Shown here: positions 38,425 to 47,708 of the stretch, piece by piece
Layout: the number at the start of each line of letters is the position of its first letter
Position numbering within the stretch: the first letter of the stretch is position 1
NCBI GenBank assembly: GCA_964558645.1
Contig: CAZLEV010000005.1
Coordinates: 175,321-239,320 of the forward strand
DNA: 64,000 bases
Reading direction: 5' to 3'
DNA from: an uncultured archaeon
GTDB lineage: Archaea; Asgardarchaeota; Thorarchaeia; Thorarchaeales; Thorarchaeaceae
Made by a program: the position numbers and the translations under genes
The notes under the pieces: generated by a model
What the model was told of the DNA's origin: nothing
What the model saw: the letters and a program-made list of their open reading frames with translations, nothing else
Database searches by the model: none

Positions 38425-40305
38425 ATGAACCATCGATATTGCGCTCTGTTTCTGATCCTATCTGGAATAGCTCTCCCCGCAGTTGTGCTTCCCACAGCAG
38501 TTACCACGGAGGCGTGGGGGTTGAATACTCATCTATTCATCGCGTCCGAGGCCATGGGAGCCATCACCAATCAGAGTTGGTATGATGCCTTTGCACTGTA
38601 CGCTGCAGAGGTGCTCGCCGGTAGTACTACGCCAGACCAAGAGTGGCAGGACTGGGACAATCATCTGTACTATCCTGAAACAGGAGAGTATAATGCGCCC
38701 TGGGCAGCTGAACACTGGTTCAACATGACGAGAGATAACTTCTCAGCGGGAAACTGGGAAGATGGGTTCTTTGCAGTCGGGGTCATGACACACTACTTCG
38801 CGGATCCTTGCATTCCAGTTCATACCGATGAGTACTGGGACGGCCATGTTGGCTATGAGCGCGATATCAACGAGAACCTTGGAACTCTTGACTTGGAGGT
38901 CCCAACCGAGGTGCTCATCGAAAATGTCAGCCAATTTGTCATAGACTGTGCAACGTATTCACACCAGTATTATGATACTGTGCGCGCTGCATATGACAAC
39001 AATGACTCGAGGTCCCTTGACGACCCCACAATAAAGGCATTGACCGAGGACTGTCTCTCCATGGCCATCAATGGTTGTCTGAGTCTCTTCTACACTCTCC
39101 AGCAGTATGCCGAGCCACCTGATACATCGCTAACATTCCAGTACAAAGCACTGATTGACTATGCACACTCAAACGACTACATAGATTATAGCGGAGAATC
39201 GCAATTGACCTCGCTGGAGCTCACTCTTGAGAGAGAAGGTTTTGAAACATTTCGCCAAGAACAGCCCTTCTCAACTGAAGCCCTCAGTGACATCGATCTT
39301 CTGGTGATAACCTGTGCGCTGGATGCATACACTCAAGCCGAGCTGACCGCAATCGCTGATTGGGCAGATTCAGGAGAGAGGTCCCTTCTCGTCACCAGTC
39401 GGGGGGACTTCTCTACGTATACTGACATTGCGCAGGTCAATGCAATTCTGGCTGAGCTTGGTTCCATGATGCGTTCGAATGATGATAACGTCTACATGGA
39501 GGGGACATATCAACCATGGTACAACGACCTGACCTCTGTACCAGAAGCTGAGGACACCTTGAATCTCACAGGTGATGTTACCAGTTTGACGCTCTTCTCC
39601 CCGACCAGTCTCTATTTCTTGAACGAGAATCCAGTTCTGCCCCTGGCGTTTGCAGATGCCTCCGCATACCAAACAGACCAGACTGGACCGGAACCTGAAG
39701 TACTCTACGACATCGTTCAGGATGGAATTTATGGAGACCAGATACCCCTCATAGCGGCTGAAGAGATAGGCGCTCTAAGGGTTCTTCTCAGTGGAACCAC
39801 GTTCTTCAGCAACTTTGACTACGGTAGATCTTCGTTTGACAATGTCCAACTACTGAAGAACTTCTTAGAATGGGCTGTAGAGGATCGACCTCTGAGAGAG
39901 ATAGAGGATATTGACCAGATAGGACCAAGGATCTCGAATCCTGAGGTGTCTTATAGCTCGGAGGACGAGGCATTTCTCATGCGCATCAACATAACTGATG
40001 CAAGTGCCATAGAGAGCGTCATCGTTAAGTTTCAGGCCGCCGAGGGTACAGACCAGTTCAACATGACTCATGTTGAAGGAAACTTGTATGAGGCAATCGT
40101 TCCAGAAGAGGCCACAGCGTCACCGTACCTCAGGGTCATTGCCTCCGATGCGGCGGGAAACACTGGTACACGAATCTTCCACGATATCGATATGACAACC
40201 TCAACCACAACGCCCATCATCGGACTGCCAATCGAGTTGATTCTCGTTGCCGGCATTGCTGCTGTTGTGTTAGTTGCAGCAGTAGTGGTAGCGAAGAAAC
40301 GGTAA
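38425..40305 (+). CDS. Surface-anchored Zn-dependent phospholipase C / S1-P1 nuclease family protein with a DUF4350-like domain
   Basis: Mature N-terminus WGLNTH, PD...NH, HYFAD..IPVH, HVGYE; LIDYAHSN; C-terminal TM helix followed by KKR. Confidence 0.82.
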   Translation: MNHRYCALFLILSGIALPAVVLPTAVTTEAWGLNTHLFIASEAMGAITNQSWYDAFALYAAEVLAGSTTPDQEWQDWDNHLYYPETGEYNAPWAAEHWFNMTRDNFSAGNWEDGFFAVGVMTHYFADPCIPVHTDEYWDGHVGYERDINENLGTLDLEVPTEVLIENVSQFVIDCATYSHQYYDTVRAAYDNNDSRSLDDPTIKALTEDCLSMAINGCLSLFYTLQQYAEPPDTSLTFQYKALIDYAHSNDYIDYSGESQLTSLELTLEREGFETFRQEQPFSTEALSDIDLLVITCALDAYTQAELTAIADWADSGERSLLVTSRGDFSTYTDIAQVNAILAELGSMMRSNDDNVYMEGTYQPWYNDLTSVPEAEDTLNLTGDVTSLTLFSPTSLYFLNENPVLPLAFADASAYQTDQTGPEPEVLYDIVQDGIYGDQIPLIAAEEIGALRVLLSGTTFFSNFDYGRSSFDNVQLLKNFLEWAVEDRPLREIEDIDQIGPRISNPEVSYSSEDEAFLMRINITDASAIESVIVKFQAAEGTDQFNMTHVEGNLYEAIVPEEATASPYLRVIASDAAGNTGTRIFHDIDMTTSTTTPIIGLPIELILVAGIAAVVLVAAVVVAKKR

Positions 40306-40437
40306 CGGGAAGGGTGATTCCGCTCATATCTCTTCGAAATATCGAAGAGGGGGCCGTTTACTCGAACTCTGGCCAGTCCTGCATATCTTCATATGTGTTG
40401 GTTGCATATCTATAGTGAACCTGAGGGAGATGAAGAG

Positions 40438-41043
40438 ATGTCGGAGATGACCATGCAAGGTCCCGAGAGTGAGATTGAAAGAGACATCCTCAGGGCTTTC
40501 GGGTGGTCCATCATCGAATTCGAAGGGGTTCTCTTCCAGAAGTTCTTGCTCATAGCTGGGCTAAATACGATCATGACCCCAGAGACCTTCAGAAAGCATC
40601 TCTCTAGAATGGAGTCAAAAGGTTATGTGGCTCCCCTCAGATTCCAAGGCATTCCCTCTTGGAAGAAGCTCGTCGTCGAAGACAGAATAGAAGACACACT
40701 GCATCCGAGAAGAATTGAGAAACGACCCTACTCACAAGAGAGGAAGAAGACAAGACCTGAGGAGCATATGGTCACGGATACCCGTATCTTAGCTGAGGAC
40801 ATCCTGAAGATACTCAAAAGCAAGATGTTTCCAGGAAGGGCAAGGGACGAGATTACCGACCATGTCCTGAGGAATCATGTGATGGAGATGCGAAGAGCTC
40901 TGAGCGAATCAGAGGCTAGCTTCTTGCAGTACTTGGACGAGCATTTGGCCACAGTGAAGCCAGAACTGGAACAGATACTCAGGGCTCGCGGCGAGAACCT
41001 TATGATGCTCAGTCTGCGGCTCGCAGAGAGCCATAATCTCTAG
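40438..41043 (+). CDS. Hypothetical protein, possible N-terminal winged-helix
   Basis: Long ORF filling the gap between genes; FRKHLSRMESKGYV resembles a wHTH. Confidence 0.6.
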   Translation: MSEMTMQGPESEIERDILRAFGWSIIEFEGVLFQKFLLIAGLNTIMTPETFRKHLSRMESKGYVAPLRFQGIPSWKKLVVEDRIEDTLHPRRIEKRPYSQERKKTRPEEHMVTDTRILAEDILKILKSKMFPGRARDEITDHVLRNHVMEMRRALSESEASFLQYLDEHLATVKPELEQILRARGENLMMLSLRLAESHNL

Positions 41044-41046
41044 TCC

Positions 41047-42129
41047 TTAATACTTCCTCTTGATGAGAAACTCGGAGAGTTCCAAGAGAAACTTGCGGTA
41101 CTTGTCATCGAAAGCAGGTTCTGCTTGACCTAATGCGGATCGCCCCTCATTCAAGAGATTCTCCATTATGCCCTTGGCTTCCTCCAGAGCCCCAGTATCT
41201 CTAAAGACACCCCTCACTGTATCAACTTCCTGTGAAGACATCTCTGGCTTCCCCAGGAGCTTATTCAGAATGTCCTTCTGCCCAGGGTCTGCACGATTGA
41301 AGGCCTCAATGACTAAGAGGGTCTTCTTACCCTCACGGATATCACCATCTGCAGGTTTCCCCGTGACATCCTCATCACCGAAAGATCCCAGGATATCATC
41401 CTGAATCTGGAATGCCTGACCCACCTTGGTACCAAACTCGCTGAGGGCTTCCATCTGGGAACTGCTTGCTCCTGCAATGACACTCCCTATGAGCAAAGAC
41501 TTCTCAATGAGAACTGCGGTCTTCATGCGGACCATGTCTAGGTATGTTTCTGAAGGAGTAGAGGGCTGCTGGACCAAGTTCATCTCAAGAAGGACGCCAT
41601 CGGCAAGATCGTGATAGGCCGACTGGTAGTATTCCAGACAGCGAACAGTAGTCTGAGCCTCCAATCGAGCAGAGGTTATGACCTCGGCACCCATGTTGAG
41701 AAGAGAATCCCCACCGAGAATCGCCATGGCCATTCCGAAATCCTCTGCCTTGTCCTTTGAACTACTCGTCTTCTCTCGGAACCAATCGCGATAGTAAGCG
41801 TGGATAGTCTTTCCGCCGCGTCGGGTTTCATCATGATCGATGAGGTCATCATGAAGTAGAGAACCGTTGTGCAGAAGCTCTACAGAGCAAGAGGCAAGAT
41901 ACAGATTACGAGGAGCGTCTGCACCCTTGACTGCTTTGTAACCGCCAACCACGAGAACTGGTCGAAGGCGTTTCCCACCCCTCATCAAGTAGTCCTTCAC
42001 CACGCTGTAATACTGCTTGTGAATTGGACCAAGTCGCCCAATCTCCTTTATCCGCGAATCGAAGTAGTCTGAAAGCGCTTCGTTGACTCTCTCTACTTCT
42101 TGTTCCATGATGGCTTCGTAGTCGGACAA
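41047..42129 (-). CDS. Geranylgeranyl diphosphate synthase (IdsA-type polyprenyl synthetase)
   Basis: GGKRLRP, first aspartate-rich motif LLHDDLIDHDETRRG, KTA, FQIQDDILG, DIREGKKT. Confidence 0.93.
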   Translation of the reverse strand: MSDYEAIMEQEVERVNEALSDYFDSRIKEIGRLGPIHKQYYSVVKDYLMRGGKRLRPVLVVGGYKAVKGADAPRNLYLASCSVELLHNGSLLHDDLIDHDETRRGGKTIHAYYRDWFREKTSSSKDKAEDFGMAMAILGGDSLLNMGAEVITSARLEAQTTVRCLEYYQSAYHDLADGVLLEMNLVQQPSTPSETYLDMVRMKTAVLIEKSLLIGSVIAGASSSQMEALSEFGTKVGQAFQIQDDILGSFGDEDVTGKPADGDIREGKKTLLVIEAFNRADPGQKDILNKLLGKPEMSSQEVDTVRGVFRDTGALEEAKGIMENLLNEGRSALGQAEPAFDDKYRKFLLELSEFLIKRKY

Positions 42130-42251
42130 TGCTGACCCCTTACCTACTAGGGCGTGCAAACAAAGTGGTATTTAGGCATTTCTGCTTATGTCGAACCAAT
42201 CTTCGCTGATTAGCTTACCGATGGCTGGAGACGGGCCCTGACTAGTAATGC

Positions 42252-43613
42252 CTATTGGCCTACAAGGTCTACTCCCGAGAATCCAAGTGTTGGCATGACA
42301 TATTGACTGTTCACTTCAAGGTCTGAACCAACTAGGACTTCTCTCTGAATGGACTCGTAGAGGTTCCCAACTAGGAGAGCATTCCTAATCTTCTCGGTCA
42401 GCTGGCCATCTTGGATTAAACGTGCATTCCGAAGCTCATTGGAAAAGGTGCCTGATATTGGATTGACAAGCGGCCACGCGAAATGCTCAATGTAAACACC
42501 CCTATCAACCCGTTCGATGATTTCGTCTGGAGTCATTGAACCTGGTTTCATCTCCAGGGTAGACACAGCACATACAGCCGGTCTTGTGAACAGTCCCTGT
42601 GCCTCACGGGGTTCTCGCCTCATTCCGTTCCCCGTGGAGTCGAGGTTCATGATGTTGGCGTTGTAGCTATCGAAAATATACGATCGTAGCATTCCATCCT
42701 CAATGAGTAATGTATCCTCCGACGGTAGACCTTCGTCATCGACTACAGAAGATAGAAGCCCTCTTTCAGAGCGGCCATTATCTGATATATTCAGGGTCTT
42801 GTGAGCAACCTGCTCGCCCAGTCTGTCAGCCCATGGGCTGGACCGCTTGTTCACGTTCTCGGAAGATGTCGAAAATCCGACCAAGGACCCAAGCATCTGG
42901 GATCCTTCACTTGGGGCAAGCACTCCGACAATGTCTTCCCACTTATCATGAAACGGTCTAGAACTGAGCACATCTCGCGCCTGATAGTTCAACTTGGATC
43001 CAATACCTGCAAAATCGATGTCCTCAATCCGACGCGACCAACAGCGCTGTACGCCTTCACCCACGCGTCCACTGTCTTCTGATTTTGCTGTGAAGAACCC
43101 GAAGACCATTGTTGAGCTGGATTGAGCATCAATGCCCAATGAATTCATGACCTTGAAATCAACGGAGCTTACACGGAGGACACCGTTGGGAACAGTCACA
43201 TGTTTGTCCAGTGTGGCCTTAACCAGTTCCATGACGCAAGCCACAAGGTATTCACTGTCAACTTCCGCAGTAGTATCGTCGCGAAAGTAGTTGGGCGCAC
43301 CCGAGACCTTCACTGGTTCAGGCAGGGATTCAAACTTGGGATCTGCACTGGTCACTGATGCAATGGACTTGGCACGGTCAACCACATCAGATGGGGACTC
43401 AGCTAGAAGGGTGGAACTCGTGAAACCAATCTTCTTCCCCACTACATACTTCAGGCCAACTCCAGTCTCTTTCTTGACATCTGCTACCTTCGGAATACAG
43501 TCGTCAATGTATACACTGCGCGTCATAGCCCGTATAGCATATACTTCGGCTTGGCTGGCACCTGCCTCCTCAGACTGTTTGAGTAATGCAGCGGCTATCG
43601 AATCCAGAGGCAT
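42252..43613 (-). CDS. pmbA: TldE/PmbA family protein
   Basis: DDEG.P, LIEDG.L, STGNG; no HExxH; adjacent to tldD. Confidence 0.88.
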   Translation of the reverse strand: MPLDSIAAALLKQSEEAGASQAEVYAIRAMTRSVYIDDCIPKVADVKKETGVGLKYVVGKKIGFTSSTLLAESPSDVVDRAKSIASVTSADPKFESLPEPVKVSGAPNYFRDDTTAEVDSEYLVACVMELVKATLDKHVTVPNGVLRVSSVDFKVMNSLGIDAQSSSTMVFGFFTAKSEDSGRVGEGVQRCWSRRIEDIDFAGIGSKLNYQARDVLSSRPFHDKWEDIVGVLAPSEGSQMLGSLVGFSTSSENVNKRSSPWADRLGEQVAHKTLNISDNGRSERGLLSSVVDDEGLPSEDTLLIEDGMLRSYIFDSYNANIMNLDSTGNGMRREPREAQGLFTRPAVCAVSTLEMKPGSMTPDEIIERVDRGVYIEHFAWPLVNPISGTFSNELRNARLIQDGQLTEKIRNALLVGNLYESIQREVLVGSDLEVNSQYVMPTLGFSGVDLVGQ

Positions 43614-43614
43614 G

Positions 43615-45003
43615 CTAACCACCTCCCACAACAATTCTAGCCCTCATATGTGGACCCCCAGATGAAACAGGAACCCAATCTTCTTCACCTTTACCGCATG
43701 TACCCGCAGAGAACTCGAGCTCATCCCCAACTGCATCCACCGTCTTTAGAATCTCCAGTACCTGACCGGTGAGGCTCATACTTCGAACGAGATCTTTGAG
43801 CTGGCCATCCTTGATGATATAGCCTTTCAACGCAGAGGCTTGAACTCCTCCGCCGACCACATCTTCCATTCCTGACGATGCGCGAATAACATAGAGCCCG
43901 TCTTTTGTTTCGGAGATTATCTCGCCTCTGGTCCAGTCACCCCGTTCAAAGAAAGTGTTCGACATGCGAGCAAAGATGCGCCTATTGTAGTCTTGAGCCC
44001 TTCCGTTTCCAGTAGGAACCACGCCCATCAACGCAGCCGTTTCCAGTGTATGGAGATAACCACTATAGACTCCCTCACTGATTATCTCAGACCTTGAAGA
44101 AGGCGTACCTTCGGAATCGTAGGGGTAGCTTCCAGGTAGTCCATCCATTGTGCCGTCATCCACCATTGTGACATGTTCAGTAGCCACGTTCTTGCCTACC
44201 ATGCCCGTCAAGAAAGAACGTTCCTTAACAATCTCATCAGCTTCACTTGCATGACCGCAGACTTCGTGTGCTATAAGGCCAGCAACATTCCCATCCAGTA
44301 CCACAGTCATCTCACCTGATGGGGGTTTCGATGCCGACAAGAGATCGATGGCACCCTTACCAACTGCCTCGCCGATCTCTCGAATATCGATTTCTCGAAC
44401 CATCTCAAAGCCTGCCAGTCCACCCTTCGAATCATAGTCGTACTGCGTCCGCGCACCCTCCTTGGCCACTGCCTGAGCCACAAGATAGGTCCTTACTTCG
44501 TCCCAGTATATCCTCGACCCCATGCTATTCACTAAGTAGAACTCACGTTCATTGTCACGATACATAGAATTCGTGTTGACTATACGTTCGTCAACGCGTT
44601 GGGCCTCATCTAGCATTCGCACCGCCTCAAGCTTGTCTTCACTGTTCACTTCCAAGGGGTCTTCCTTTACTGATTGGATACGCTCGTCTTCAACAACATA
44701 TTCCTTGGGCAGGTCAATTGACTTGCGCGAATACTTCGCACTGGCCTTTGCCATGCTCGCCGCCTGAGAGAGAATACCAAGCATGTTTTCAACAGTCACA
44801 TCATCGGTTGTTGAAGCCTGACCCCAGCATTCCCCGACCAATGCCCTTGCAACAGTGCCAGATCTTCCACCTTTGTTAAAGCGCCGGAGTACTCCGTTAA
44901 CCATCAACATATCTGTGCCTTGACGAACCTCGTGACGGACGTCCGCAAACGCGACATCGGCTTCTGAAAATCGATCCATCGCAGCCTGGATTGTATCCAA
45001 CAT
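43615..45003 (-). CDS. tldD: TldD family metalloprotease
   Basis: HEVCGHASEAD, YDSEGT, TGNGRA, RMSNT, CGKG..WVPVS.GGPH. Confidence 0.93.
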   Translation of the reverse strand: MLDTIQAAMDRFSEADVAFADVRHEVRQGTDMLMVNGVLRRFNKGGRSGTVARALVGECWGQASTTDDVTVENMLGILSQAASMAKASAKYSRKSIDLPKEYVVEDERIQSVKEDPLEVNSEDKLEAVRMLDEAQRVDERIVNTNSMYRDNEREFYLVNSMGSRIYWDEVRTYLVAQAVAKEGARTQYDYDSKGGLAGFEMVREIDIREIGEAVGKGAIDLLSASKPPSGEMTVVLDGNVAGLIAHEVCGHASEADEIVKERSFLTGMVGKNVATEHVTMVDDGTMDGLPGSYPYDSEGTPSSRSEIISEGVYSGYLHTLETAALMGVVPTGNGRAQDYNRRIFARMSNTFFERGDWTRGEIISETKDGLYVIRASSGMEDVVGGGVQASALKGYIIKDGQLKDLVRSMSLTGQVLEILKTVDAVGDELEFSAGTCGKGEEDWVPVSSGGPHMRARIVVGGG

Positions 45004-45069
45004 TAGGGTAGCACCAGAATCAGGCCAACCCCGAGCAGAGATAAGGTTTTGCAGGCGAGTAATCCCTCT

Positions 45070-45984
45070 CTAAAAGTACAGCTTGCCCCGGAGAATGATA
45101 ACTCCCGTTCCACTCACCTTGACGCTTTGAATTGCCTCTTTGTCCCCCCGCACTTCCACGAATATCTTTCCCGGTCGGTTGACGTAGCTTCCCTGCTCAA
45201 TAACGATACTGGTCACTGGGTATGACGCATCGAGTATGCCGTAGCGAACCATATACCAGCACATACTTCCTGCGGCTGAACCGGTCACAGGGTCCTCGTT
45301 GATACCCAGAGCTGGAGCGAAGTGGCGAACATGAACATCTGGCGTAGGTTTTTCAGTTTCGGGAGAGAAGACCTGTATTGATATCCAATCCGAGTCTTGC
45401 TGGAGCTCGTTGAGTCGTTCCCAGTCTGGCCGTATTCGCTCCAACGATCTTGGCGTATTCACCGGAATCATAAGCTGTGGCGTTCCAGCGCTCACAGTCT
45501 GGATGGGGTGAGGAGTCATGATGTCGGCAAGACTGAGACCCAGGGCTTCTGTATAGTCTACAGGGTCGTAGGCCTCCATGAACGCCACTTTTTCGTGAGT
45601 GACCTGTATCTCGTGGAGACCGGTCTGCTCATTCTTTACGACCTCTACTTGAAGCATGCCTGCTCTTGTTTCTAATTCAAACATCGTCACATCTTGTGGT
45701 ATCTCGGCGAGCCCAACCTCAATCAATGCGATGAATGCAGCCACGGTTAGATGGCCTGAGAAGTTCATCTCTCCCCCTGGAGTCCAATAGGAAAACCGAT
45801 AGTCCGCCTTTTCGGAACTCATGACGAAGACTGTCTGACCAGCGCCCATCTCACTAGCAATAGTACGGATACTCTCATCAGAGAGACGGTCAGCTCCCAG
45901 AACAACTATGGCAGGGTTTCCACCGTAGGGTGTATCGGTGAATGCATCAATCTGGATCACATCAAGCGCTCGCTTTGGCTGCAT
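45070..45984 (-). CDS. PhzF-family isomerase
   Basis: IDAFTDTPYGGNPA, GH.TVA, EDPVTGSA, IEQG...RPG. Confidence 0.9.
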   Translation of the reverse strand: MQPKRALDVIQIDAFTDTPYGGNPAIVVLGADRLSDESIRTIASEMGAGQTVFVMSSEKADYRFSYWTPGGEMNFSGHLTVAAFIALIEVGLAEIPQDVTMFELETRAGMLQVEVVKNEQTGLHEIQVTHEKVAFMEAYDPVDYTEALGLSLADIMTPHPIQTVSAGTPQLMIPVNTPRSLERIRPDWERLNELQQDSDWISIQVFSPETEKPTPDVHVRHFAPALGINEDPVTGSAAGSMCWYMVRYGILDASYPVTSIVIEQGSYVNRPGKIFVEVRGDKEAIQSVKVSGTGVIILRGKLYF

Positions 45985-46860
45985 CTCTCAATAACCTCAG
46001 TTTCTGTATCTCCAACGATGGATTTAGGCTTTTATCTATCAGGATTGTGTGTCATTATGGGCAGTGCAGAGAGTAGACTGCCTTGGGGCGAAACAAGTGG
46101 CAATCTCAGGGGAAACAAACAAACGATGCCCTGCTTCTCTGCAATGTGCCAGAAGATTCAACATATTTCCAAAGCAGTGAGCGCACGCTCCGAACGTATG
46201 TAAGGTTGGCCGCACTTGTTCACGTGGAATCGCACTCCTTCGTGAACCTGTCCTACAGTCGTCTTATTGTCTGGCTACGTCACTTCAAGAATAAAACATC
46301 AGAAGAGGAATTCTCACGCAACCTGGAGTGGTTTCCGATGGATCAAATAGAAGCTAGGTGATTTACGCCACTGATTACATTTCATCATTGAATATCAAAG
46401 CATCGTAATCATAGAAGAGAGAGTGTGTGTGAAGAATAGAAGGTGGCGGGCACAAGGGTAATCGTGGTAGGAGGGGGGAGTTTCGTAATTGAGGGCATGT
46501 AACGAAAAACTAGCCCATGCACCCGCCTTGTTGACTTTTTTCTATCCGCCTACCATTCTTTTAATGCTCTTCCTCTTGGGAGAGCATATTAAGGTTTCGT
46601 TGGGGCAATTGAAAAAACTGCCCTTGATCTGTTGCTCTGCCTCTAGCATCTGGTTCTGCTCTTGAATAGTCGATGACTGTCGTCTGATTAGTTAGACAAC
46701 GGTGTCATTTTTACAAGAGTTTCGAAATCATACCTCATCTATGACGACGGTGAGTGACCAGCCAATGAAAGAAGCATAGGAGCACCGAGAGGGTTTCTGA
46801 CAGCGGCGTAGGAGTGGGACAGAGTTGGACATCAATCAGACACCTATCCAAAGGTAGAGT

Positions 46861-47100
46861 ATGTACTCTGTGTCACAGGCCGCCCTCCGCCTAATAGTAT
46901 GCGCCAAGACCATGCGTCGCTGGGATGCCCGCGGGCTCATCCCCTGCCATCGAACCCAGGAACCACCGCACAATCACCTTGCTCAGGATAGATCGGCTCC
47001 TTGGAGTCCTTCACCAGGAAACAGATATGCACCCGGTCACGAGGCGCTGTGCCATCTATGCCAGGGTCTCTGGACACCGTCAGAGGACCGATGGGGACCA
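46861..47100 (+). pseudogene. tnpA: IS607 TnpA serine recombinase, frameshifted and truncated
   Basis: MerR-type HTH MYSVSQAALRL..CAKTMRRWD.RGLI.CHRT, then a frameshift near 46957 into NHR...CAIYARVSGHRQ. A possible further relic GDTGSGL lies near 47366. Confidence 0.8.
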
Positions 47101-47708
47101 GGGCCGGAAGGCCCCACAGGAAGAATCGACGGGGTTCCTGCACAAAAGGGTGCAGGATTGTGCTGCGCAGTCCCCAGAGCATGGTCAGGATGGTCAGGTG
47201 GCTCTGCGAGCTGACCAGTACTCGGTCAGCTGTGTCGTACCTGCTGATAGATCGTCGCAGGTCAGTTGTCTGACTCGAGCACATCTCCGGGAGCAGGTCC
47301 AGAAGCATCCATGTTCACCTATAGAGATGTTCTCTCTGGAGAGGCATTCAGTTCTCGCCAGCATGGCGACACGGGCAGCGGTCTCTGTACCGATGTGCTT
47401 GGATCCATAACGACACCGTATTGTGACCAAGAGAATTTCATAGCTGTTCTCTGGGATCCAAGGCATTGGATAGACGTCATTGTAGAACCCCATTGGACAG
47501 ATATGTACAAGAAACGCCCTGGATTCGTTTCCGTTTCCTCACCGCCCCTTCTGTCCATCGTCATGCGGTGCTTTCCGCTGTGCTATTCAGGCCCCGTCTT
47601 GGTTTGATCTGTCTGCTTGGGCGGGACAAGCCAGAAGAAGCGATGGTGTAATCCGGCAGATATTGTGAGAAAGGCATATTAGAAAGTGCGCCCCAGGTAT
47701 CTGCGGAG

